Of a stretch of DNA of 56,301 nt, positions 9,301 through 17,203 are shown piece by piece. The DNA lies in IMG/VR virus record IMGVR_UViG_3300043409_000379, positions 1-56,301 of that record; one strand, given 5' to 3'. Each line of letters begins with the position of its first letter. Positions within the stretch are counted from its first letter, which is position 1. A program made the position numbers and the translations under genes. This stretch comes from a virus (taxonomy: Duplodnaviria; Caudoviricetes). The notes under the pieces were generated by a model. It had not been told where the DNA came from and did not search any database. It saw only the letters and a program-made list of their open reading frames with translations.

Positions 9301-9756
9301 ATGGGACTCAAGAAACTTGAAGAGCGAAACAATCAAATCTTTGCACAAAGAAAGCATGGACTTACCTACCGAGAACTAGCCAAAGAATTTAATCTAAGCG
9401 GCTTCCGTGTTTCAAGTATATGCGCCCAAGAACAACGCAGGAAAGACAAAAGAGTAGTCCACGATGAGGTAATTGCATCAAGTAAACCGGAACTTGCCGA
9501 TCTCAACCCCGTGTTATTTAGGAAGGTTGACGAGTTGGAGTGGTCGGTTCGCACAGGAAATTGTCTTGCGAATGACAACATCATCTATATTTGCGACTTA
9601 GTTCTTCAATCAGCACCGGACCTTCTACGTATCCCAAACCTTGGTCTCAAGGGTATAGATGAGATCAAGGAAGTTCTGGCAACGATGGGGCTTCATCTCA
9701 CCTTGAAGAAGATGACAAAATGGGGACACAGGGAATTGATTACTTATTATGCTTAA
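9301..9756 (+). CDS. HTH domain fused to RNA polymerase alpha C-terminal domain
   Basis: N-terminal [32 protein letters not shown] (HTH). C-terminal [30 protein letters not shown]...[26 protein letters not shown] (alpha-CTD). Confidence 0.85.
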   Translation: MGLKKLEERNNQIFAQRKHGLTYRELAKEFNLSGFRVSSICAQEQRRKDKRVVHDEVIASSKPELADLNPVLFRKVDELEWSVRTGNCLANDNIIYICDLVLQSAPDLLRIPNLGLKGIDEIKEVLATMGLHLTLKKMTKWGHRELITYYA

Positions 9757-9792
9757 CGACAGAAAACACATCAACAAGAAAGGGCTAAGGCA

Positions 9793-10320
9793 ATGTCAAG
9801 TTTTATAACTGTATATAACATTATCATCCATCTTCCACCGAGCCATTCCAATGACAAATCCCCCAAGGTCCGAGTAGCGGACAGCTTTGGCAATGAGCAG
9901 ATGGCGAAGGATGCCTTGTTTGATCTGGTGGTGTCTGATTTTGATGCGGCACAAAAAGAAGGCACGGACTTGATTAACAAGCGTTCGTTCTCCCTCCAAA
10001 AGATGCTTGTTCATACGCCACAAGACATTTCTAAGGAGTTACTTAAAGAGCAGAAATACTCCTTCAATCCGGCATTGTTTGAAAAGGTTGAGGAACTAGA
10101 ATTGTCCGTTCGTTCTGTGAACTGCCTCAAAGAGGGTAATATTGCCCTTATTGGAGACCTCATCCAATGGTCGGGAGCAGAACTGCTACGACTTCCATAC
10201 TTTGGTCGCAAAAGTCTTAATGAGATCAATGAAGTTCTAGCAACGATGGGGCTTCATCTTGGCATGGAAGTGAAGGGGTGGGAACGTCAGCCTTCCCCAT
10301 ATCGGAGAGATCATGATTAG
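9793..10320 (+). CDS. Unknown N-terminal domain fused to RNA polymerase alpha C-terminal domain
   Basis: [35 protein letters not shown]...[33 protein letters not shown], very similar to the alphaproteobacterial RpoA CTD. Confidence 0.88.
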   Translation: MSSFITVYNIIIHLPPSHSNDKSPKVRVADSFGNEQMAKDALFDLVVSDFDAAQKEGTDLINKRSFSLQKMLVHTPQDISKELLKEQKYSFNPALFEKVEELELSVRSVNCLKEGNIALIGDLIQWSGAELLRLPYFGRKSLNEINEVLATMGLHLGMEVKGWERQPSPYRRDHD

Positions 10321-10411
10321 TCCTGTCGGACTTGCAATCATGCAATCGTTGGCAGCGGTGGTATTTATCACCGCTGCTGTCATCCTCATCCACTCCATCT
10401 GGAGAAAGTAA
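10313..10411 (+). CDS. 32-aa single-TM peptide
   Basis: Below the ORF-track cutoff. [32 protein letters not shown] with GGAGA RBS; fills the gap exactly. Confidence 0.6.
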   Translation: MISPVGLAIMQSLAAVVFITAAVILIHSIWRK

Positions 10412-10873
10412 ATGTCTGTCAACAAGGAAACCGGTGACCCAAGAAGTTTAATTTACTCTTTGGAAAATCTTGCGATTGATCCGTTTCAAAGGTTGGTGGA
10501 CAAAGATGCGACTGCTTTTGTCAGGGATAAAATTCTCTCTAACTTAGCACCCCGTCAGAGGCGTATCCTCATACTGAGATTTGGATTATCTGACGGGGGA
10601 CAGGAGTTATCTGTCAGTGAATTAACGGAGATGTACGGAGTTACTCGCGAGAGAATTAGACAGATAATAAACTTTTCAATTCTTAAATTAGTTATGGTTA
10701 TCGTAGGGAACAAAGATTATAGGGCCGCGTTAAATTCTTTTTATAATACAAACATAGAAGAACGAGACATTAAGTTATCCTATAAAAAATCAAACACGTC
10801 ACATGCCTTGTGGCAACATACTGGATTAAATATTGAAAAAGAATACAAGCGTGACAATCATTGGAGAAAGTAA
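10412..10873 (+). CDS. Stand-alone sigma70 region 4 domain protein
   Basis: ILSNLAPRQRRILILRFGL...LSVSELTEMYGVTRERIRQI (RpoD region 4.2). No region 2. Confidence 0.85.
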   Translation: MSVNKETGDPRSLIYSLENLAIDPFQRLVDKDATAFVRDKILSNLAPRQRRILILRFGLSDGGQELSVSELTEMYGVTRERIRQIINFSILKLVMVIVGNKDYRAALNSFYNTNIEERDIKLSYKKSNTSHALWQHTGLNIEKEYKRDNHWRK

Positions 10874-11068
10874 ATGCCCGATATCACGATGTGCAACGGC
10901 GAGACATGCACCCTGTCAGAAACCTGTTTCCGCGCACCACAGAGCGGGACAGAGCCGAACGGTCGCCACCAGTCGTGGTTCATGGAGGAGCCGTACTGGC
11001 GGGATGGCAGAGGGCCGACCGTCTGTGATTACTATTGGAAGATTGACCCGTCGAAGGAGAAAGAGTGA
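10874..11068 (+). CDS. Small Cys-containing phage protein
   Basis: MPDITMCNGETCTLSETCFR...CDYYW; bounded by junction repeats. Confidence 0.75.
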   Translation: MPDITMCNGETCTLSETCFRAPQSGTEPNGRHQSWFMEEPYWRDGRGPTVCDYYWKIDPSKEKE

Positions 11069-11160
11069 TGATGGACGTATTACACTATATTGGGATAGTC
11101 GTTATTTGCATCTCGCCTCTACTACTTGGGATCGTCATAACTCGTAAGGAGAAAGAGTGA
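11068..11160 (+). CDS. 30-aa single-TM peptide
   Basis: Below the ORF-track cutoff. MMDVLHYIGIVVICISPLLLGIVITRKEKE lies exactly between two junction repeats. Confidence 0.65.
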   Translation: MMDVLHYIGIVVICISPLLLGIVITRKEKE

Positions 11161-11375
11161 TGTTTGGAATGCCATCAATCAAACGTGAAGGACAAACCAT
11201 GCTGAATATGTGCATGGAACAATGCGAAGGCGTCTACTTAATGGATGAGATTAAGCGGTTGCGGGGAGTTTTTTTGACAGTATTGGAAGCCTGTGAAGAT
11301 GTAAATTCTCCCGACAGAAAAGTACGTGTAGAAATTACAAAGAGATGCCGTGAAGCACTGAAGGAGAAAGAGTGA
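11157..11375 (+). CDS. Hypothetical cassette protein
   Basis: Contains EIKRLR and ends EALKEKE within a junction repeat. Confidence 0.7.
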   Translation: MMFGMPSIKREGQTMLNMCMEQCEGVYLMDEIKRLRGVFLTVLEACEDVNSPDRKVRVEITKRCREALKEKE

Positions 11376-11692
11376 TGACTGATATCGTTGAACGATTGCG
11401 GGAACATAATGAACCTCCGTTTGATTACATTGCCCACGAAGCCGCCTCCGAGATTGAGCAACTGAGGAAAGACAAACAACTAGGGTTTGAGCTGATGGAT
11501 GTTTTTGTAAAAGAGATCAATCAATTGAAGCAAGCCGCCAACGAGAGCGAACGGTTGCGGAACGCGCTGCGGCAGATAACTGAACTCAGCCCATTCAAAT
11601 CTAATACTGGTAACGCGTCTCTCCAGTACATCACTCAAAGGTTGGTTGAAATGACAGCGTTGGCCCATGAAGCACTGAAGGAGAAAGAGTGA
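11372..11692 (+). CDS. Coiled-coil phage protein (MTDIVERLR...EAASEIEQLR type)
   Basis: Bounded by identical 27-bp repeats; ends EALKEKE. Confidence 0.75.
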   Translation: MMTDIVERLREHNEPPFDYIAHEAASEIEQLRKDKQLGFELMDVFVKEINQLKQAANESERLRNALRQITELSPFKSNTGNASLQYITQRLVEMTALAHEALKEKE

Positions 11693-12021
11693 TGGATGCT
11701 ACTGAAAAATTATCTCAAATGATGATCCGATGTGGATTGGCAACGGGACACGGTGACACTATTGACGATTTGATTTTTGAATTGGAAAAACAATTCAAAA
11801 ATACATCAAACGCTTTTAGCGATGCACAAAAAGAGATTGAGCGGTTACGGGTATGGAATAATCTGGTGGAGAACAAGTGGCTGTGGATAGAAAGTGCATT
11901 GCAATTCATTGCGATGGCAAAGCCGCTTGATGGACAGACGTGGGAAAAACATTCAAAACAAGTAAAAGACTACGCTATCAAGGCACTTGAATTTAAGGAG
12001 TTCAACGATGACGTACGATAA
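11689..12021 (+). CDS. Hypothetical cassette protein
   Basis: Starts in a junction repeat; contains EIERLR. Confidence 0.7.
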   Translation: MMDATEKLSQMMIRCGLATGHGDTIDDLIFELEKQFKNTSNAFSDAQKEIERLRVWNNLVENKWLWIESALQFIAMAKPLDGQTWEKHSKQVKDYAIKALEFKEFNDDVR

Positions 12022-12226
12022 CAGCGGGATCATTAGCAAGAATGACCGCAAGGAAACTGATAAGCATCCTGACATATCTGGTAGCGCAACAGTAGACGGC
12101 GTGGAGTATTGGCTGTCAGGCTGGAAGAAGGAGAAGAACGGTAGGGGTTTCTATACCCTGTCGTTCAAACCAAAAGATGCGAGAACACCTGAACGTAAAG
12201 AACTTGATGACGAGATACCATTTTAA
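12008..12226 (+). CDS. Small putative ssDNA-binding protein (DUF736-like) with DDEIPF tail
   Basis: KNDRKETDKHPDISG...VDGVEYWLSGWKK...YTLSFKPK...DDEIPF; AAGGAG RBS. Confidence 0.7.
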   Translation: MTYDNSGIISKNDRKETDKHPDISGSATVDGVEYWLSGWKKEKNGRGFYTLSFKPKDARTPERKELDDEIPF

Positions 12227-12242
12227 CAAAAGGATGCGCGAT

Positions 12243-12551
12243 ATGAACAACGAAGACAAGATTGAATTGGCTTTTCTAGTTTTTCACATGGACAACCCTC
12301 ATGTGTATGAGGAGGTTAAGAAGATTGCATTGGACTTAAAGAGGTCTGGCAGAGATTTCTACGGCATTGGAGCGATCTTTGAGATTGTCCGGTACCACAG
12401 AGCCATGACAACGAATGACCCTATTTTTAAATTGTGTAACAATCACAGAGCCTTATACAGCAGACTTCTGATGAAACAGGAACCAGAATTGGCTGGTTTC
12501 TTTAAGATCAGACAACGCGGCGTGACAGAACAACAACACGGAGAAGAGTGA
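12243..12551 (+). CDS. Conserved hypothetical phage protein
   Basis: FHMDNPHVY...IFEIVRY...FKLCNNHRALYSRLLM...PELAGFF pattern. Confidence 0.7.
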   Translation: MNNEDKIELAFLVFHMDNPHVYEEVKKIALDLKRSGRDFYGIGAIFEIVRYHRAMTTNDPIFKLCNNHRALYSRLLMKQEPELAGFFKIRQRGVTEQQHGEE

Positions 12552-13219
12552 TGTCGAAAGAGAAACGAGAACTTGCGCGGCTTGAGATATGTATGGCCTT
12601 TCAAAGGTCGGCGGACAACTTTTCCCGCGAGATTGAGGACCAAATTAGAACCATAAAATCTATCTCCGAGAAGAACACGATCCGGATGGAGGCACGGCGG
12701 AGAAAGAAGAAAGAAGCCGAAGAGGAAGCACTGCGTCTGGCACAGGAAGAAGCGGATATTGCTGCCAGAAAAACAAAAAGGACTAAATCTAACAAGACTT
12801 TTTTAGTTCCCGCAATTCCTTTGCCCATTGTGGTTAAGAAGAAGGTTTACAACAAGGCACTTGTGGCGGAGTTTGAACCTTTTACCATTAAAAAAGGCCG
12901 CGATATAATTGAGGTCTCTATGAAACTGTCAACGATTGGTGAGTTGGAAGAGTTGCCAGATGTTATCCGCGTTTATGCGGGATATCTTGAGACTTTGATC
13001 AAGGAAGAGACGTTTAACTTGAACCCTTTGCCCGGATCAATGGAAACATTTGCGGCGGAGGTTGCCAGAAAAACCTTGGATCAAATACAAATTTGCAAGA
13101 GCCTTCTGCATATCTATCAAGGGCATCCAGACAATGCGATCAAGAGAGCGAAAGAACTTTTGAATTTTAAAAAAAGAACTGTAAAGAATGTGTCCATGGT
13201 GGTTGACAATCACTATTGA
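12548..13219 (+). CDS. Hypothetical protein (coiled-coil, basic)
   Basis: 223 aa; begins in a degenerate junction GGAGAAGAGTGATG. Confidence 0.7.
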   Translation: MMSKEKRELARLEICMAFQRSADNFSREIEDQIRTIKSISEKNTIRMEARRRKKKEAEEEALRLAQEEADIAARKTKRTKSNKTFLVPAIPLPIVVKKKVYNKALVAEFEPFTIKKGRDIIEVSMKLSTIGELEELPDVIRVYAGYLETLIKEETFNLNPLPGSMETFAAEVARKTLDQIQICKSLLHIYQGHPDNAIKRAKELLNFKKRTVKNVSMVVDNHY

Positions 13220-13263
13220 TCATGCGATAAGAGGTTATTGCTTAACGAAGAAAGGTAAGTGAA

Positions 13264-13599
13264 ATGAGAGCCATCCTAATTGATCCGAACGAACAGTCCT
13301 TCACTGAAGTCGAGTACAACGGTGACTGGAAAACCATCGCGCCTCTTCTCGGGTGCGAGTTGTTCACCGTCGTCTATACCGACTTTGGCGACATCTATGT
13401 TGATGACGAAGGTCTGTACAATACCGAGAACGCTTTCTTTGTTCTCGATAGCGTACCACAACCTCTTTGTGGTCGTGGCTTGGTGTTTGGACCTGTTGAT
13501 GACGAGGGTGACACAACCGCTGCAACGATCTCCATCGGAGACCTTGAGGAAAAATTATTCTTTATGTCGAGGTCAAAGGTTTACAAAATGTTTGCATGA
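13264..13599 (+). CDS. DUF3846-like protein
   Basis: MRAILIDP...DIYVDDEGL...QPLCGRGLVFG. A TTGACA lies at 13203 upstream. Confidence 0.7.
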   Translation: MRAILIDPNEQSFTEVEYNGDWKTIAPLLGCELFTVVYTDFGDIYVDDEGLYNTENAFFVLDSVPQPLCGRGLVFGPVDDEGDTTAATISIGDLEEKLFFMSRSKVYKMFA

Positions 13600-13627
13600 T
13601 ACTATCATGCGGTTTCTCCTAAACTTG

Positions 13628-13665
13628 ACCCTGCCAGTTTCCTCCCAGACTGGCAGGGTTTTTTT
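13628..13665 (+). terminator. Intrinsic terminator at the convergent junction
   Basis: ACCCTGCCAGT...ACTGGCAGGGT followed by a T run. Confidence 0.85.
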
Positions 13666-15550
13666 ATTCCATCTTGTTGGTAGCTGTTCCCCATGACGGG
13701 CCGAGTTCCGCATCGACGACAGACGGGACGCGAAGCTGAACACAGTTCTCCATGATCTCCTTCGCCCGTCGTGCTGTCGCCATGTCAGGAATGTTCAAGG
13801 CCAGTTCGTCGTGTATCTGGATCATCGGAAGGATGCCCTCGTCTGCCAGATCCACCAGAGCCTTCTTCGTTTGATCCGCCGCCGAGCCTTGGATCAAAGC
13901 GTTCAACGCCTTGTATGTGAAAGCCCGTTTGATGTGCGAGCCATACTCTGCAAACGCTTCCTTGTGTGGCAGGGGTTTATGGACCCCGAAACTCGCAGGT
14001 TCCCATTTGTCAAATCGGCACTTGCGACCGAGCAGCGTTCTGATTGACCCGCGCTTGGATGCTCTGTTGGATACTTCATCGGTCAACTGCTTGATGAAGG
14101 GAAGTTCTGCGTGATATCTGGCAAAGAGTTCTTTGCCCTCTGACAGATTCAAACCGAGTTGCCCCGCCAGTTTTGTAACACCCATGCCGTAGAACAGGCC
14201 GAGGTTGATGGTCTTTGCTTGCTTGCGGGGAACACCCACGATGTCAGCGGCGATCTGGTGGAAGTCCGACCGAGCATCGTCAGCGTATTTATCCACGAAA
14301 TCCAACGCTCCGCTCAGAATGTTTCCATCGTGGTCGCGTGTTATAGACGCATAGTGGACGACGATCCGAGGTTCCTGTGAGGAGTAATCGAACGCACCCC
14401 ACTGACAGCCTTCTTCCGGTATGAAGAGGTTCCTGATCATAGGCCCGATGATTTCATCGCGTGAAGGTATCTGCTGCAAGTTCGGGTTCGAGTAGCTGAA
14501 GCGTCCCGTGATCGTCCCACCACCGTCCGACCGAAGCTGATGGATGTCAGCATGAATTCTGCCGTTGGTCTGATGCTTCGAGATCGTTTCGATGAATGTC
14601 GTTCGAGCCTTGTTCAGTTCGCGAGCCTTGACGATCATGCGCGGCAACTCATGTGAGTGACCTGCGAGAAACTCCTTCGTGAAGCTGGGGGCCTTCGTGC
14701 CATCTGTCACGGGATATTCCAGACCCGCAGCATCAAAGACTTTTGCAACCGATGCTGCCGCCCAGATGTCGGGGCTGTGACCGTAGTCGTCCTTGATCTT
14801 CTTTAGGAGTGCGCTTTCTTGCTGCCCCAGTTCCCGCTGCGCCTGTTCAGCAGCGTCCATGTTCACACGAACGCCGCGTGTCCGCATATCAATGACAGAC
14901 CGTAACACGCGCAATTCAAGTTCAAAGATGTCGGAGACCTCTTCCTTTTCAATCAAGCCACTCAGAAGTTCCCACAACTTCAATGTCAGAAGAGCGTCCT
15001 GCTCTGCATACGGCCCGACATAGTGAGGAGGGAGTTTGTACATCTCCGCCTTCGCGTCAACACCCCACTCGTTTGCAGCGTTGTACAGGAGTTTCTCGTC
15101 TTTCTTGACTGACAGATAGTCCTTGCCAAGATTGTTGAGCGAATAACTAAAGCGGTTCTCGTCGATCAAAGCCGCCGCGACCATCGTGTCAATGATGCGA
15201 CCCTTTACCTCGACGCCTTCGGCGCGAAGCCAACCCACGTCGTACATAGCATTGTGAAAAACGTATGTCTTGTTAACATCGGAACACAAGTCCTGCACCC
15301 AACGCATAACTCGCTTGGGGTCCATGTTCCCGCCATTCAAATGTCGGATGGGGAAGTACCATGCTTGACCAGATGCTGCGACGGCAACACCGATGATGTT
15401 GCCGTTTCTGGTGGGCCACCCGCTTCCAAGGGTTTTTAGGTCTGGGTCACGGGTCTCAAGATCAATGGCAATCTCGGGTTCATTGGAAAGATTTGGAAAT
15501 CCGTCCGGACATACCCACTCCGACGCTGTTTGAAACATTGATAGCTGCAT
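13664..15550 (-). CDS. polA: DNA polymerase family A (3'-5' exonuclease plus polymerase)
   Basis: IAIDLET exo I, FHNAMYD, TGRFSYSNPNLQQIP, FDYSSQEPR, RKQAKTINLGLFYG, NALIQGSAAD, IHDEL. Confidence 0.97.
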   Translation of the reverse strand: MQLSMFQTASEWVCPDGFPNLSNEPEIAIDLETRDPDLKTLGSGWPTRNGNIIGVAVAASGQAWYFPIRHLNGGNMDPKRVMRWVQDLCSDVNKTYVFHNAMYDVGWLRAEGVEVKGRIIDTMVAAALIDENRFSYSLNNLGKDYLSVKKDEKLLYNAANEWGVDAKAEMYKLPPHYVGPYAEQDALLTLKLWELLSGLIEKEEVSDIFELELRVLRSVIDMRTRGVRVNMDAAEQAQRELGQQESALLKKIKDDYGHSPDIWAAASVAKVFDAAGLEYPVTDGTKAPSFTKEFLAGHSHELPRMIVKARELNKARTTFIETISKHQTNGRIHADIHQLRSDGGGTITGRFSYSNPNLQQIPSRDEIIGPMIRNLFIPEEGCQWGAFDYSSQEPRIVVHYASITRDHDGNILSGALDFVDKYADDARSDFHQIAADIVGVPRKQAKTINLGLFYGMGVTKLAGQLGLNLSEGKELFARYHAELPFIKQLTDEVSNRASKRGSIRTLLGRKCRFDKWEPASFGVHKPLPHKEAFAEYGSHIKRAFTYKALNALIQGSAADQTKKALVDLADEGILPMIQIHDELALNIPDMATARRAKEIMENCVQLRVPSVVDAELGPSWGTATNKME

Positions 15551-15674
15551 TTTTTTCTACTCTCATCGACTTTCCACACAAACACCTTGGCCATTTCCTG
15601 CGTATCGCATAAAAGGTGATGTTTGATGCTGGCTTTCCACAACCACACTTGGCCACCAGTCTGATATCTTCCAT
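15480..15674 (-). CDS. Small Zn-ribbon-like protein (uncertain)
   Basis: CGCG...CLCG motifs; fills the gap between helicase and polymerase but overlaps the pol start. Confidence 0.45.
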   Translation of the reverse strand: MEDIRLVAKCGCGKPASNITFYAIRRKWPRCLCGKSMRVEKNAAINVSNSVGVGMSGRISKSFQ

Positions 15675-15685
15675 TGAAGTAGCCT

Positions 15686-17203
15686 TTACTCAGTTATGTT
15701 AAAACCGCGTGACATCATTGGATGTATCAAATGGAGACTGCTCTTTGCTCGCGTAACCCCGACGTAGAACACTCTCACCTCGTCATCCTCTTCGTAGGAC
15801 GTGCTGCGCCACATGCCCTGATTTTTCCTGACACCATCTGTCAGCAGCATCACGTTGTCCGCCTCTGTCCCCTTCGACCCGTGGATCGTCGAGATTGTTA
15901 TGCGAGGCTTGCTCTTGAAATCCTCTCCGTTGCGGAGACATGATTTCAGGTAACGACGATCTTCGTCAGATATCTTTCCAAGCGTCTCGGACCAAGGCTT
16001 CTTGTGCAAAAGACCGTGGTCGGAGGTCAGATCACCGATGGTCAATAATTTGTTGTCAGGAACATCCGGCAACGTCTTGTGACCATAGGCTACATCATCG
16101 TTTATTACCATGTACTTGTAGACGTTTCGCACGGCCTTCGCTGGTACAACCCTGTTATCTCTAAGGATTTCCCAATCCTTTACCGCATTGATAACATCGG
16201 TTCCAAGTTCCTGTCCTGCATCATACGAGTAAAGAAAACCGCGCTGGCGTACTTCCTGTTCAATCTGTGCTGCACCGCGTCGTGTCCGTGACAGAAGAAG
16301 CCACTCACCTCTGGTCATGTCAACCTCTTCGCTGTGGCGATACCACGATACTGTTCCGTCCTCTGACCGAGGTTGGAAGTCCTTCTTCCTGCGGTTGCTA
16401 ATCCTGCTGATTAGGTTCTGGCTCAGAGCGTGATGCGATACAGGCATCCGGTAACTCTGTGTGAGGACCTCGACGTTACCTGCAAGCGTGATGAAATGAT
16501 CCACGTCCGCGCCAGCCCACCGATAGATCGCCTGATCGTCGTCACCTGCAACAAACACCTCCTTTGATTTATCAACGATCTTGTTCACCATCGCCCATTG
16601 CAGCGGTGACAGGTCTTGTGCCTCGTCGATGAAAACAATATCAAGGCTTGGTGCGAGGTCACGTTCGATGAACATCTCCAATAGGTCGGTGAAGTCGAAC
16701 AGGATATTGTCCTTCTTATATTCTCTCAGGCCGCGATCAACGTACTCGACGCGACTCCAGTCAATCTTCCGCCCTGTTTCCGACCCATTGTAGACTTCCC
16801 GAAGCGGTCTCTGGCGTATCCGAGCCATGTGGATGACTTCCAGAAACCTGTCACCAAGGCCGAAGTCAACGAAAGGACCGTTTGCCAACTGCCCGTTCTC
16901 TGCGAATCCGCCGATCTTCAGCCAGTCCGCCGCTTCCTTGTAATGCTTCCAGAGCATCATAGAGTTCTTGCCAAGTGACAGGCAATAGTATGCAAGGCTG
17001 TGCAGCGTCCGAAAGAACGGGAGTTCCTTTTCTGACAGGCCAAAACGAATGACAGCGCGAAGAACTGCTTCCTGCGCTGCGTTCTTCGTGAACGAAAAAT
17101 ACCCAATCCGGTCGGGTGGTATCCCCTTTTCTAAACTGTCTTCTACCAGATTTAGTAGTCTGGTAGTCTTCCCCGTTCCGGGCGGTCCAAGAATGATGTT
17201 CAT
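15686..17203 (-). CDS. UvrD/Rep-like SF1 helicase
   Basis: GPPGTGKTT, IDEAQD, AGDDDQAIY, QSYR, STIHGSKGTE, YVGVTRAK. Confidence 0.95.
   Translation of the reverse strand: MNIILGPPGTGKTTRLLNLVEDSLEKGIPPDRIGYFSFTKNAAQEAVLRAVIRFGLSEKELPFFRTLHSLAYYCLSLGKNSMMLWKHYKEAADWLKIGGFAENGQLANGPFVDFGLGDRFLEVIHMARIRQRPLREVYNGSETGRKIDWSRVEYVDRGLREYKKDNILFDFTDLLEMFIERDLAPSLDIVFIDEAQDLSPLQWAMVNKIVDKSKEVFVAGDDDQAIYRWAGADVDHFITLAGNVEVLTQSYRMPVSHHALSQNLISRISNRRKKDFQPRSEDGTVSWYRHSEEVDMTRGEWLLLSRTRRGAAQIEQEVRQRGFLYSYDAGQELGTDVINAVKDWEILRDNRVVPAKAVRNVYKYMVINDDVAYGHKTLPDVPDNKLLTIGDLTSDHGLLHKKPWSETLGKISDEDRRYLKSCLRNGEDFKSKPRITISTIHGSKGTEADNVMLLTDGVRKNQGMWRSTSYEEDDEVRVFYVGVTRAKSSLHLIHPMMSRGFNITE

Larger units (their letters stand above)
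10400..11694 (+). repeat. Dispersed gene-junction direct repeats
   Basis: TGGAGAAAGTAAATG at 10400 and 10862. AAGGAGAAAGAGTGATG at 11054, 11146, 11361 and 11678, extending to 27-bp identity at 11351 and 11668. Confidence 0.9.

Noticed and set aside
9301-10873. Host contamination or a phage-encoded multisubunit RNA polymerase
   Set aside because: Only isolated domains fused to unrelated sequence are present, embedded in a phage operon, with no beta/beta' subunits or ribosomal-operon neighbours.
11054-11694. CRISPR array
   Set aside because: Repeat spacing is irregular (92, 215 and 317 bp), the intervals are ORFs, the repeat is an RBS/stop/start, and no cas genes are present.
13600-13665. tRNA or other RNA gene in the gap before polA
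   Set aside because: There is only a single hairpin with a T run, and no cloverleaf or T-loop consensus.
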